NCBI RefSeq assembly: GCF_030535495.1
Contig: NZ_JAUNRW010000002.1
Span: 3,654 to 67,653 of the forward strand
Length of the DNA: 64,000 bases
DNA from: Corynebacterium sp.
GTDB lineage: Bacteria > Actinomycetota > Actinomycetes > Mycobacteriales > Mycobacteriaceae
Direction of reading: 5' to 3'
The notes under the pieces are model-generated. The model made no database searches. It was not told the DNA's origin and saw only the letters and a program-made list of their open reading frames with translations. Below, one piece after another: positions 52,450-62,552 of the stretch. A program made the position numbers and the translations under genes. The first letter of the stretch is position 1, and every line of letters starts with the position of its first letter.

Positions 52450-55400
52450 ATGTCCGAGCAGAAGAAGACCGCCGTCGGCGGCGTCTACCCGAAGGTCGAC
52501 ATGACCGGGGGCTCCTCCCGTTTCCCTGACATGGAGGAGATCGTCCTCGACTACTGGAAGAAGGACGGTACCTTCCAGGCTTCCCTGGACCAGCGCGAGG
52601 GAGCCAAGGAGTACGTCTTCTACGACGGCCCGCCCTTCGCCAACGGCCTGCCGCACTACGGCCACCTGCTCACCGGCTACGTCAAGGACATCATCCCGCG
52701 TTTCCGCACCATGACCGGGCACCATGTGCCCCGCGTCTTCGGCTGGGACACCCATGGCCTGCCGGCGGAGCTGGAGGCGGAGAAGCAGCTCGGCATCACC
52801 GACAAGGGCCAGATCGAGGACATGGGTCTGGCGAAGTTCAACGAGTACTGCGCCGAGAGCGTGCTCCGCTACACCGAGGAGTGGAAGGAGTACGTCACCC
52901 GTCAGGCACGCTGGGTCGACTTCGACAACGGCTACAAGACGATGGACCCGGGGTACATGGAGTCCGTCATCTGGGCCTTCAAGCAGCTCTACGACAAGGG
53001 CCTGATCTACCAGGGCTTCCGCGTCCTGCCGTACTCCTGGGCCGAGCACACGCCCCTGTCGAACCAGGAGACGCGTCTCGACGACTCCTACAAGATGCGC
53101 CAGGATCCCACGCTGACCGTCACCTTCCCGGTGACCGGCGCCGTCGCCGGTTCCGCCGCGGAAAAGTCGCTCGCCGCCCAGCCCCTGCTTGCCGACGCCG
53201 CCGCGCTGGCCTGGACCACCACCCCCTGGACCCTGCCGTCGAACCTGGCGCTCGCCGTCCACCCGGAGGTCGATTACGCGCTGGTGAAGTCCGAGCACGG
53301 CGTGTACCTCATGGCCGCCCCGCTGGTGGGCACCCTGGCCAAGGAGTTCGGGGAGCACGAGGTCGTCGATACGCTCGCCGGCGCTCAGCTCGAGGGCCTG
53401 CAGTACCAGCCCATCTTCGACTACTTCGCCGACGAGCCCAACGCCTTCCAGATCATCCTCGCCGACTACGTCACCGTCGAGGACGGCACCGGTGTCGTCC
53501 ACCAGGCCCCGGCCTTCGGTGAGGACGACATGGAGTCCTGTAAGCAGTACGGCATCGGTGTGGTCATCCCCGTCGACATGGACGGCAAGTTCACCTCCCA
53601 GGTCCCGGAGTACGAGGGCCAGCTGGTCTTCGACGCCAACAAGGACATCATCCGCGACCTCAAGGAGCGCGGCCGGGTGGTGCGCCACCAGACCATCGAG
53701 CACTCCTACCCGCACTCCTGGCGTTCCGGCGAGCCGCTCATCTACATGGCGCTGCCGTCCTGGTTCGTCCGCGTCACCGAGATCCGCGACCGCATGGTCG
53801 AACTCAACCACGAGGAGATCACCTGGCTGCCGGAGCACGTCCGCGACGGACAGTTCGGCAAGTGGCTGGAGAACGCCCGCGACTGGAACATCTCCCGCTC
53901 CCGTTACTGGGGTTCGCCGATCCCGGTGTGGGTCTCCGACAACGACGAGTACCCGCGTATCGACGTCTACGGCTCCCTCGACGAGCTCGAGGCCGACTTC
54001 GGCGTGCGCCCGACGTCCCTGCACCGCCCCTACATCGACGAGCTGACCCGCCCGAACCCGGATGATCCGAGCGGCCGGTCCACCATGCGCCGTGTCCCGG
54101 ATGTGCTGGACGTGTGGTTCGACTCCGGGTCCATGCCCTTCGCGCAGTTCCACTACCCCTTCGAGAACAAGGAGTTCTTCGAGGAGCACAACCCGGCCGA
54201 CTTCATCGTGGAGTACATCGGCCAGACCCGCGGCTGGTTCTACCTGCTGCATGTGCTCTCGGTGGGCCTGTTCGACCGCCCGGCGTTCAAGAAGGTCGTC
54301 GCCCACGGCATCGTGCTGGGTGATGACGGCCAGAAGATGTCCAAGTCCAAGGGCAACTACCCCAACGTCAACGAGGTCTTCGACCGCGACGGCTCCGACG
54401 CCATGCGCTGGTTCCTCATGTCCTCGCCGATCCTGCGCGGCGGCAACCTCATCGTCACCGAGCAGGGCATCCGCGACGGCGTGCGCCAGGCGCTGCTGCC
54501 GATCTGGAACGCCTACTCCTTCCTGCAGCTGTACTCCTCGCAGCCGGCGCAGTGGTCCGTGGATTCCGAGGACGTCCTCGACCGCTACATCCTGGCCAAG
54601 CTGCATGACCTGGTCGGCACCGTCCGCGTTTCCCTGGACAACACCGACATCGCCGACGCCACCGATGCCGTGCGCCAGTTCGCCGATGCGCTGACCAACT
54701 GGTACGTGCGTCGTTCCCGCGGCCGATTCTGGCTCGGCGACGAGGAGCACCCGGAGGCCTTCAACACCCTCTACACGGTGCTCGAGGTGCTCACCCGCGT
54801 CACCGCCCCGCTGCTGCCGATGACCTCCGAGGTCATCTGGCGCGGCCTGACCGGTGAGCGCTCCGTCCACCTGGCCAACTTCCCGGAGGCCGCGGACATC
54901 CCCGCGGATGCCGACCTGGTCACCGCGATGGACGCCACCCGCGGTGTCTGCTCCGCAGCCTCCTCGGTGCGCAAGGCGCACAAGCTGCGCAACCGCCTGC
55001 CGCTGCCGTCCCTGACCGTGGCGCTGCCGGACTCCGGCCAGCTCGAGCCCTTCGCCGCCATCATCCGCGACGAGGTCAACGTCAAGAACATCGAGCTGAC
55101 CTCGGATGTCGACGCCGTGGGTACCTTCGAGGTCGTCGTCAACGCCCGTGCCGCCGGCCCGCGCCTGGGCAAGGACGTCCAGCGCGTGATCAAGGCCGTC
55201 AAGGCGGGCAACTACGAGCGCGTCGGTGACACGGTCGTCGCCGACGGCATCGAGCTCAACGCCGACGAGTACACCGAGCGCCTCGTCGCCGCGAACCCGG
55301 AGTCGACCGCGCGTATCGACGGCCTCGACGGCCTCGTCGTCCTCGACATGGAGGTCACCGAGGAGCTGGAGGCCGAGGGCTGGGCCGCGGATGTCATCCG

Positions 55401-55617
55401 CGGTCTGCAGGATGCCCGCAAGGCCAGCGGCCTGGAGGTCTCCGACCGCATCAGCGTCGTCCTTTCCGTTCCGGAGGACAAGCTGGAGTGGGCGCAGCGC
55501 CACCGCGATCTCATCGCCGGTGAAGTCCTGGCCCTCGAGCTGGACGTGACCACCGAGGATCTGGGCGAGGCGCATGACGTGGTCTCCGGAGTGAAGGCGA
55601 CCGTCGTCAAGCGATGA
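52450..55617 (+). CDS. ileS: Isoleucine--tRNA ligase (type 2)
   Basis: [48 protein letters not shown]; ATG 52450 after SD AAGGAAG. Confidence 0.97.
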   Translation: MSEQKKTAVGGVYPKVDMTGGSSRFPDMEEIVLDYWKKDGTFQASLDQREGAKEYVFYDGPPFANGLPHYGHLLTGYVKDIIPRFRTMTGHHVPRVFGWDTHGLPAELEAEKQLGITDKGQIEDMGLAKFNEYCAESVLRYTEEWKEYVTRQARWVDFDNGYKTMDPGYMESVIWAFKQLYDKGLIYQGFRVLPYSWAEHTPLSNQETRLDDSYKMRQDPTLTVTFPVTGAVAGSAAEKSLAAQPLLADAAALAWTTTPWTLPSNLALAVHPEVDYALVKSEHGVYLMAAPLVGTLAKEFGEHEVVDTLAGAQLEGLQYQPIFDYFADEPNAFQIILADYVTVEDGTGVVHQAPAFGEDDMESCKQYGIGVVIPVDMDGKFTSQVPEYEGQLVFDANKDIIRDLKERGRVVRHQTIEHSYPHSWRSGEPLIYMALPSWFVRVTEIRDRMVELNHEEITWLPEHVRDGQFGKWLENARDWNISRSRYWGSPIPVWVSDNDEYPRIDVYGSLDELEADFGVRPTSLHRPYIDELTRPNPDDPSGRSTMRRVPDVLDVWFDSGSMPFAQFHYPFENKEFFEEHNPADFIVEYIGQTRGWFYLLHVLSVGLFDRPAFKKVVAHGIVLGDDGQKMSKSKGNYPNVNEVFDRDGSDAMRWFLMSSPILRGGNLIVTEQGIRDGVRQALLPIWNAYSFLQLYSSQPAQWSVDSEDVLDRYILAKLHDLVGTVRVSLDNTDIADATDAVRQFADALTNWYVRRSRGRFWLGDEEHPEAFNTLYTVLEVLTRVTAPLLPMTSEVIWRGLTGERSVHLANFPEAADIPADADLVTAMDATRGVCSAASSVRKAHKLRNRLPLPSLTVALPDSGQLEPFAAIIRDEVNVKNIELTSDVDAVGTFEVVVNARAAGPRLGKDVQRVIKAVKAGNYERVGDTVVADGIELNADEYTERLVAANPESTARIDGLDGLVVLDMEVTEELEAEGWAADVIRGLQDARKASGLEVSDRISVVLSVPEDKLEWAQRHRDLIAGEVLALELDVTTEDLGEAHDVVSGVKATVVKR

Positions 55618-56423
55618 ACCTCCGCGCTCCGGCGGTGATGATCGCGTCGGGTGTCAGCCTGTACGCGGGAGCCGCCGTGGCGGTCGGGCTTTTCGACGTC
55701 CTGCCGCCCGCCATCGTCGCCTGGTTCCGCATCTCCGCCGCCGCCGTCATCCTGCTGGCGCTGGTGCGCCCGCGCCTGGCGGATTTCCGCAGTGTCCCGG
55801 CCCTCATCTACGGCCTGGCGACCATGGGCATGAACATGGCCTTCTACGAGTCCATCGCCCGCCTGCCCCTGGGCACCGCCGTGGCGGTGGAGTTCCTCGG
55901 TCCGGTGCTGGTCGCCGCGGTGGGCTCCCGCTCGATCCGTGACTGGCTCGCGTTGGCCCTGGCCACGAGTGGAGTGGTGGTCATTTCCGGGGCCGTGTGG
56001 TCGACGGCCGCCGTGGGGCTCGGCTTCGCCCTGCTGGCCGGCGGACTGTGGGCGGTCTACATTCTCGTCGGTTCGCGCATCGCCGTGAGCAGCCCGCGCA
56101 AGTCCATGACCACCGGTTTCACCATGGCGGCCGTGCTCGCCCTGCCACTGGTGGTGTGGGGGTGGCCGGAGCATGTCGAGACCCCCGCGACCATGCTCCT
56201 CGGCCTGGCACTCGGGTTGGGCGTGCTGTCGGCGGTCATTCCCTACTCCCTTGACCAGGTGGTCATGCGGATGGCCGGGTCCTCCTACTTCGCGCTCCTG
56301 CAGGCGCTGCTGCCGGTGGTCGCCGCCGTCCTCGGCGCGGTGGCCCTGGGCCAGTGGCTGTCGCTCCCGGAAGTGGTGGGCATCGTGCTGGTCGTTGCCG
56401 CCGTTGCTTTACGACGCCCGTAA
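55614..56423 (+). CDS. EamA/RhtA-type drug/metabolite transporter
   Basis: [25 protein letters not shown] and [10 protein letters not shown] motifs; about 10 TM helices; ATGA overlap with ileS. Confidence 0.85.
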   Translation: MNLRAPAVMIASGVSLYAGAAVAVGLFDVLPPAIVAWFRISAAAVILLALVRPRLADFRSVPALIYGLATMGMNMAFYESIARLPLGTAVAVEFLGPVLVAAVGSRSIRDWLALALATSGVVVISGAVWSTAAVGLGFALLAGGLWAVYILVGSRIAVSSPRKSMTTGFTMAAVLALPLVVWGWPEHVETPATMLLGLALGLGVLSAVIPYSLDQVVMRMAGSSYFALLQALLPVVAAVLGAVALGQWLSLPEVVGIVLVVAAVALRRP

Positions 56424-56432
56424 CCTGTACCT

Positions 56433-57803
56433 ATGCAACGCTGGGTTCTCCACATCGACATGGACGCGTTCTACGCCTCCGTCGAGCAGCTGACCCGGCC
56501 GACCCTCCGCGGCCGCCCCGTGCTGGTGGCGGGGGTGTCCGGCAGGGGAGTGGTGGCCGGTGCCAGCTACGAGGCCCGCAGATTCGGCGCCCGTTCCGCC
56601 ATGCCCACGCACCAGGCCGCGCGCCTGGTCGGATTCTCCGCGGTGCTGGTCGCGCCGCGGAAGGCGGTGTACGCGGTGGCGTCGAGACGCGTCTTCGAGC
56701 TCATCTCCTCCCACGTCGGGCTGGTGGAGCAACTGTCCATCGACGAGGCCTTCATGGAACCCGAGGCCCTGGTCGGCGCCACCCCCGCCGAGGTCAGACA
56801 GTGGGCGGATGAGCTCCGCGCACTCATTCGGGAGGAGACGGGATTGCCGTCCTCCATCGGTGCCGGCACCGGCAAGCAGTACGCCAAGATCGGCTCCGGA
56901 CGGGCGAAACCCGACGGTACCTTCGTCATTCCCGGCGACACGCAACTGGAGATCCTCCATCCCATGCCCGTCTCCGAGCTGTGGGGCGTCGGCCCGGTCA
57001 CCCGCACCAAACTCTCCCAGATCGGAGTGGAGACGATCGGGGATCTGGCCGCCCTGACCCCGAAGGAGGTCGAGATCTCCCTCGGCGGCACCGTCGGCCC
57101 TGGTCTGTGGGCTTTGGCCAACGGTATCGACGAGCGCCCCGTCGAACCGCGCGCCGAGGCCAAGTCCATCTCCGCCGAGTACACCTACCCGCGCGATCTG
57201 ACGACGCGCCCGGAGGTCGACGCCGCCATCACCCGCGCCGCCGAGGCCGCCCACCGGCGCCTGCTTATCGACGGCCGCGGCTCCCGCACCGTCACCGTCA
57301 AACTCAAGATGTCCGACTTCCGGATCGAGTCCCGCTCCGCCACCCTTCCCTATGCCACCGACAACTACGACACTTTGCTGGCCACCGCTTTCCGGCTGGT
57401 GCGCTACCCCGGCGAGGTGGGGGCGATCCGGTTGGTGGGTGTCGGTTTCACCGGACTGGAGACCGCGCAGCAGGATGTGCTCTTCCCGGAACTCGACCAG
57501 CAGGTGGTGGTGGCCAGCCCGGATGATGATTTCGAGACCGGGGTCAGCGATCACATCGTCGAACCTGTCGTGGAGGTGGAGGAGGAGGACACCGGCTGGC
57601 GGGCCACCCAGGATGTGTTCCACCCGGACCACGGGCACGGCTGGGTACAGGGCACCGGACACGGGATCGTGTCGGTACGTTTCGAGACGCGCGCTACCGG
57701 GCCGGGCAGGACCCGCACCTTCGCTGTGGACGATCCCGACCTCCGTCCGGCCGACCCCGTGGCCAGTCTGGCCTGGGACGAGTGGCTGGAAAAGCAGGAC
57801 TAG
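56433..57803 (+). CDS. dinB: DNA polymerase IV (actinobacterial DinB1/DinX with C-terminal extension)
   Basis: HIDMDAFYASVE, ASYEAR, SIDEAF, AKIGS..KPDG; C-terminal DVFHPDHGHGWVQG..VRFET. Confidence 0.95.
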   Translation: MQRWVLHIDMDAFYASVEQLTRPTLRGRPVLVAGVSGRGVVAGASYEARRFGARSAMPTHQAARLVGFSAVLVAPRKAVYAVASRRVFELISSHVGLVEQLSIDEAFMEPEALVGATPAEVRQWADELRALIREETGLPSSIGAGTGKQYAKIGSGRAKPDGTFVIPGDTQLEILHPMPVSELWGVGPVTRTKLSQIGVETIGDLAALTPKEVEISLGGTVGPGLWALANGIDERPVEPRAEAKSISAEYTYPRDLTTRPEVDAAITRAAEAAHRRLLIDGRGSRTVTVKLKMSDFRIESRSATLPYATDNYDTLLATAFRLVRYPGEVGAIRLVGVGFTGLETAQQDVLFPELDQQVVVASPDDDFETGVSDHIVEPVVEVEEEDTGWRATQDVFHPDHGHGWVQGTGHGIVSVRFETRATGPGRTRTFAVDDPDLRPADPVASLAWDEWLEKQD

Positions 57804-59200
57804 AAGGGAGGAGGGTCCTCGTCCGGCGGTGCCCGGTGGTGTACGAGCACCGGATCATAGGGTGTCGGTGCGCCCCGAGGCTGGTTGGCCGCCTGGTAAC
57901 GCTCGAACTCCTCGGCGGCGGCCTTGGCGGCGGCTCGCTTCCGGGCGGTGGCGGTGCGCTGCGCAAAGGTGCTCACCCACCGTCGCTGCCGCGGGGCCAG
58001 GGGGCCGGTGGCCAGGTCGACGGCGTAGGTACCGTCGGCGAAGTGCCAGTAGACGTCCCCGGTGACCGGATCCAGCAGATAGGTCACCTGCTGGTCCGTC
58101 TTTCGGTTGTGGTGGTGCCGACACAACATGACCATGTTGTCGGCCCGGGTGGGGCCGCCGTCCTCGTGGTTGATGCGGTGGTCAGCGTCGAGGTGGGTGG
58201 CCTGCGCGTTGCAGCCGGGCCAGCGGCAGATCCAGTCCCTACCGATGATGAAGGCGCGCTGGGGGAACGTCATGTCGTGAGGGCCCGTCTCCATGTCCTG
58301 GGCGGCATCCATGTCGAGGGTGCGGGTGACCATGTCCGCGAGCGTCGCCGCAGCCTCCTCGCTGAGGATGCCGGTGGTCGGGTGGTAGACGGGAGAGTCA
58401 TCGACGTCGGAGGCGGTGTAGAGGAGAGTGTTGACGTTGATCGACGCCGGTTCCAGCACCTGCTGGACCAGTGCTGTCGCCTTGTCGACGCCCTTGGTGC
58501 TGGCGGCCTGGAAGATGGCGTCGGTCATCAGCACTCCCGTCGCCTCGTCGACCGTGAGGGAGAAGTTCATGCGGCCATCGTCGAGGGACTCGATGAACAG
58601 ACTGGAGATCTTGGCTGCGTCATCCACCGGGGGCAGACTGCGCATGGTGGCTGCCGGGTCCTCACAGGGGACGGGGCCGTCCTCGGTCTCGGGAGCCGGG
58701 GCACCCCACGGAGAGGGGACCTGTGGGGCAGCCTTCGCGGTCACGCTGGCGATGGTGTCGGCGACGGTGTTGTTGATCGTGCGGGTCCCCGGCAGTAGTT
58801 GCTGGGGCCGCTTCGGGGTGAACAGCGCGATGAGATCCTCATCGAGGCACCGCCAGGTGAAATCATCCTGCTGCACCTCGACCGGTGCCTTGGTGATGGC
58901 CTTGTCGATGACCGACAGGTGGTAGAGATCGAGGAGGTAGGTCTCCCTGATGAGAGCCCGGAGGCGGGGCAGCTTGTCCAGGGTCTCCAGCGCGTGGAAG
59001 TTGCGGGAGATGATGGACTTCGCCATCCCGGTGTCCCGGTAGAGCATGGTGCACACGGTCGTCCAGTCCTCCTCCGAGGCGAGCTCGGTGACGGGCCGGA
59101 GGATGCGCCAATACTCGTATTCGGCGGCAATGCGCGCACGGCGGGCTTGTGAGTAGAGGCTGCCGGAATTGAGGACGGACCAGGATGCGGGCTGGGACAT
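57800..59200 (-). CDS. HNH endonuclease, DUF222 / 13E12-repeat-like family (start 59200 or 59209)
   Basis: RDWICRWPGC..DADHRINHEDGGPTRADNMVMLCRHHHNRKT C-terminal HNH domain; Pro-rich EDPPPF tail. Confidence 0.85.
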   Translation of the reverse strand: MSQPASWSVLNSGSLYSQARRARIAAEYEYWRILRPVTELASEEDWTTVCTMLYRDTGMAKSIISRNFHALETLDKLPRLRALIRETYLLDLYHLSVIDKAITKAPVEVQQDDFTWRCLDEDLIALFTPKRPQQLLPGTRTINNTVADTIASVTAKAAPQVPSPWGAPAPETEDGPVPCEDPAATMRSLPPVDDAAKISSLFIESLDDGRMNFSLTVDEATGVLMTDAIFQAASTKGVDKATALVQQVLEPASINVNTLLYTASDVDDSPVYHPTTGILSEEAAATLADMVTRTLDMDAAQDMETGPHDMTFPQRAFIIGRDWICRWPGCNAQATHLDADHRINHEDGGPTRADNMVMLCRHHHNRKTDQQVTYLLDPVTGDVYWHFADGTYAVDLATGPLAPRQRRWVSTFAQRTATARKRAAAKAAAEEFERYQAANQPRGAPTPYDPVLVHHRAPPDEDPPPF

Positions 59201-59296
59201 GGGGATCACCCCCCTTCGATCGTGTGTCGTTCATGCGTTCGAATGTCACGATAGACGGCACCCCGGACATGGGGGTGATCCTCGGGGGTAGGGCGC

Positions 59297-60214
59297 TTAA
59301 AGGAGCAGGTCAGACACGTGTCTACCGGACGCCAGGGCGACCACCATGGCCATGCGAGCCTGTCCGGCGCGGAGGTGTCCCGCACTGAGTGCGCCCGCCG
59401 AACCGAGCGTCGCACCACCCCCTGAGCCGCCGTAGGACAGGGAGACTTCACCTGCGGGGACCCGGGAGGTGATCACCACCGGGATGCCCGACTCCAGGGC
59501 GGCGGCCACGCCCGCGCCCATCTCCGGGCCGATGTTGCCGGACCCCAGGGCCTCGATGACGATGCCCTGGGCGCCGGCGGTGACGGCGGCGTCGATAAGC
59601 ACGCGATCGGAGCCGGGCCAAGCGGCCAGGACCGGAACCTGAACGCCGTCCAACGGTGTGACCGGCAGTCCTGCGGGTCGGCGGGCCTCGCGGGGCACGG
59701 TGGAGATGAAGGCGTCGAGATCCGTGGTGTGTCGCTTGACCGCGCCGCGCGCCGGGATGGTCCACCCGCCGAAGGCGATGAGCACGCCCTGGCGGCGGGC
59801 GAGGGGATCGGCGGCCAGACGGAGGGCGTCGATGAGGTTGCCGGGGCCGTCGGACTCGCGGTGGTCGAAGGCACGCTGGGCTCCGGTGAGGACCACGGGG
59901 CGCTCATCGGTGTGGAAACAGTCCAGCGCGAAAGCGGTGTCCTCCATGGAATCCGTGCCGTGGGTGACCACGACGGCGTCGATATCCGGGTCCTCCAGCG
60001 CCCCGTGCACGGCCGCGATGAGGCCGTCGAGGTCCTTCAGCGTGATCGCGGAGGAGTCGAGGCGGGTCAACTCGGTGACGGTGACGTCGGCGGTGACGTG
60101 CTCGGCGACGGCGTCGAGCAGCTCCTGTCCGGTCACGGTGGGGCGCAGGGCTCCAGCGGAGTCGGTGGTGCAGGCGATGGTGCCGCCCGTGGTGAGCAAC
60201 GCAATGCGGGTCAT
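59297..60214 (-). CDS. ansA: L-asparaginase
   Basis: TTGGTIA, THGTDSMED, TGAQR, DGPGNL; ATG 60214. Confidence 0.92.
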   Translation of the reverse strand: MTRIALLTTGGTIACTTDSAGALRPTVTGQELLDAVAEHVTADVTVTELTRLDSSAITLKDLDGLIAAVHGALEDPDIDAVVVTHGTDSMEDTAFALDCFHTDERPVVLTGAQRAFDHRESDGPGNLIDALRLAADPLARRQGVLIAFGGWTIPARGAVKRHTTDLDAFISTVPREARRPAGLPVTPLDGVQVPVLAAWPGSDRVLIDAAVTAGAQGIVIEALGSGNIGPEMGAGVAAALESGIPVVITSRVPAGEVSLSYGGSGGGATLGSAGALSAGHLRAGQARMAMVVALASGRHVSDLLL

Positions 60215-60303
60215 GCCCCCAGCCTGCCACAAGGAGTGTTGTCACATCTTCAACACGTGTACCATCAACGCAGACGCGCCCCAATCTACAGGAGAATTTT
60301 CCC

Positions 60304-60882
60304 GTGAAGCTGAGCAAGATGACCGCGATCACCGCCGCCCTCGGCACGGCTCTGACCCTCGCCGCCTGCGGCGACGACAACGGCAACGGTGACACCACGA
60401 CCACCACGGAGACCACGGCCACGGAAACCACCGAGACCGCCGCCGCTCCGGCTCTGCCGACCGCCGACGAGCTCAACGCGATTCTCTCCCAGGCCACCGA
60501 CCCCAACGTTCCGCTGGAGGAGAAGGTCAACACCGTGCAGGGCGGCGAGCAGGCGCCGGAGCTCTTCGACGTCATGGCCGCCTCCCAGGCCGAGTCCGGG
60601 GCTCAGTTCCAGGTGGTCAACCCGGTGCTGCCGGGCTACACCCCGGACTCGGTCCTGGCCTCCGTCAACTTCATCCTCCCGGACTCCGAGGCCCAGCCGG
60701 CCGAGAACGTCGAGTTCATCTACGAGGACGAGACCTGGAAGCTGTCCCAGTCGTGGGCCTGCACCCTCATCACCAACACCGTCGCCCCGGAGCAGGTGCC
60801 GCAGATGTGCCTGGACTACAACCCGGCCCCGGAGGAGGCTCCCGCTGAGGAGGCTCCGGTCGAAGAGGCCCCCGCGCAGTAA
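60304..60882 (+). CDS. Lipoprotein with an MTB12/CFP2-like domain
   Basis: Lipobox LAAC, Thr-rich linker, LPTADELNAIL..DPNVPLEEK..VQGG and WKLS motifs, EEAP-repeat tail; domain call from recalled similarity. Confidence 0.7.
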   Translation: MKLSKMTAITAALGTALTLAACGDDNGNGDTTTTTETTATETTETAAAPALPTADELNAILSQATDPNVPLEEKVNTVQGGEQAPELFDVMAASQAESGAQFQVVNPVLPGYTPDSVLASVNFILPDSEAQPAENVEFIYEDETWKLSQSWACTLITNTVAPEQVPQMCLDYNPAPEEAPAEEAPVEEAPAQ

Positions 60883-62544
60883 TCAGTCATCCCGACGGCC
60901 GGGCAGGGACAGCACCCTGCCGCGGCCGTCGGTGCGTACCGCCCACCTGCGGCGGATCCACCGGTCATGCGTGGCCATGAGCACCGTGCCCGGGAACGAC
61001 GCCAGCGCCACCTCCAGCTCCTCCGCGAGGGCGAGGGAGAGGTGGTTGGTGGGCTCGTCGAGAAGCAGGATGTCCGGCGGTGACGCCAGAATGATGCCCA
61101 GCGAGACACGACGGCGCTGACCGAGGGACAGCTCGCCGAGGGGGCGGGCGGCCGTCTCCTCGTTCATCAGTCCCATGTCGACCAGGGTGGGGGAGCCCGC
61201 GGGCACATGCGAGGCGAAGATCTGCTCGGCAGTGCGCTCCAGATCGATCCACTCGTCGTCCTGGCTGAGGCGGCCGATGACCACCTCCTCCGGGATCCGC
61301 ATCTCACCCTCGGTGATCTGCCACTTGCCTTCCACCACCTTGAGGAAGGTCGACTTGCCCGCGCCGTTGGGCCCCTCGATGAGCCAGTGCTCGCCGGGGT
61401 TGATCTTGATGGTCAGCGGGCCGAGGCGATCGTTGACCCAGATGTCATTGGTCCACACCGCCGGCTCACCGAGCGATGCCGAGGTGTGCTCGGGGATGCC
61501 GTGGAACTTCAGGCGCGCGGGCGGTGCCGGCAGTTCATCGCGTTCCAGCGCCTCGAGGCGGTTGCGGGCCGAGCGCAGGCGGTTGCCCACCGTCTTGGCG
61601 GCGCGGTCGGCGTGGAATTTCTTCGCGATCCCCACCTCGGACTTCGATTCCTGACTGTGGAAGACATCCTCCGCCGTCTGCTCCGCCGCCTTCTCCAGCC
61701 GCACACGCTCGTGCTCCTGGGAGGTGTAGAGCTCCTCCCACCGGCGGCGGATGTCCTCGCGGGACTCGAGATAGTCGGTGAAGGAACCGGTGAACTGCGT
61801 GCCCTGGCGGGTGCCCTCACCGCCGCCACCTTCATGGCCCAGTCCGGGGTCGAGGTCGACGAGTGAATCAGCCGTCTGGTCCAGGAAGTAGCGGTCATGG
61901 CTGGCCACCAGCACCGGGCCCGAGAAGGTCGCGAGTTCCCGGATGAGGAAGTCCACGCCGTCGTCGTCGAGGTGGTTGGTGGGCTCGTCGAGCACCATGG
62001 CGTCGACCGGGCGCAGCAGGAGAGCGGCCAGCGCGAAGCGGCGACGCTGGCCACCGGACATGTCACCCAGCGTCGTCTCCAGGGGGACGTTGGCCAGGCC
62101 CAGACCGGCGAGCACCGTGGCGATGCGGGCATCGAGCTCCCACACACCCGCCTGCTCCGCGGTCGCCAGCGCCGCATCGAAGGCCTCGGCCCAGCGATCC
62201 GGGTCCTGCGCCATCTGCCCGGAGATCACCTCGATCTGCTTCTCGACGTCGCGCAGCTCCGTCACCGCAGCGTCGATCAGCGCCGACGCCGGGGAGGAGA
62301 AGGGCAGTTGCGTCTCCTGCTCGATGAAACCGGTCGTCGGGGGCCTGGTGATGTGCCCGACATCGGGCTCGAGATCGCCCGCGATGAGCTGCAGCAGGGT
62401 GGACTTTCCCGAGCCGTTCTCCCCGATGAGGCCCGTGACATGGTCGGAGGGCACGGCGAAGGTGATGTCGGTGAGGACCTGCCGGACGGAACCCGGGTAC
62501 GTGAAGCTGACACCGTCGAGCTTGATGTGATGGGGAGAGGCCAT
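60883..62544 (-). CDS. ABC-F family ATPase (two NBDs, no TM domain)
   Basis: GENGSGKS and GPNGAGKS Walker A, MSGGQ and LSLGQ signatures, LDEPTNHL twice, ASHDR and ATHDR. Confidence 0.92.
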   Translation of the reverse strand: MASPHHIKLDGVSFTYPGSVRQVLTDITFAVPSDHVTGLIGENGSGKSTLLQLIAGDLEPDVGHITRPPTTGFIEQETQLPFSSPASALIDAAVTELRDVEKQIEVISGQMAQDPDRWAEAFDAALATAEQAGVWELDARIATVLAGLGLANVPLETTLGDMSGGQRRRFALAALLLRPVDAMVLDEPTNHLDDDGVDFLIRELATFSGPVLVASHDRYFLDQTADSLVDLDPGLGHEGGGGEGTRQGTQFTGSFTDYLESREDIRRRWEELYTSQEHERVRLEKAAEQTAEDVFHSQESKSEVGIAKKFHADRAAKTVGNRLRSARNRLEALERDELPAPPARLKFHGIPEHTSASLGEPAVWTNDIWVNDRLGPLTIKINPGEHWLIEGPNGAGKSTFLKVVEGKWQITEGEMRIPEEVVIGRLSQDDEWIDLERTAEQIFASHVPAGSPTLVDMGLMNEETAARPLGELSLGQRRRVSLGIILASPPDILLLDEPTNHLSLALAEELEVALASFPGTVLMATHDRWIRRRWAVRTDGRGRVLSLPGRRDD

Positions 62545-62552
62545 GGTGGGTC

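Noticed and set aside
52297-55575. Long antisense or alternate-frame ORFs (e.g. 52297-55575, 4707-6320, 9553-11286, 19178-20617, 34256-36502)
   Set aside because: Shadow ORFs of high-GC coding genes: they mirror well-supported genes on the other strand and show no recognisable motifs
59227-59242. Possible LexA box upstream of the HNH gene (TCGAACGCATGAACGA on minus)
   Set aside because: Three mismatches including the GTTC core; too weak to call
60826-60879. 15-nt tandem repeats encoding EEAP(A/V) at the lipoprotein C-terminus
   Set aside because: An ordinary low-complexity coding linker, not a CRISPR array or contingency repeat
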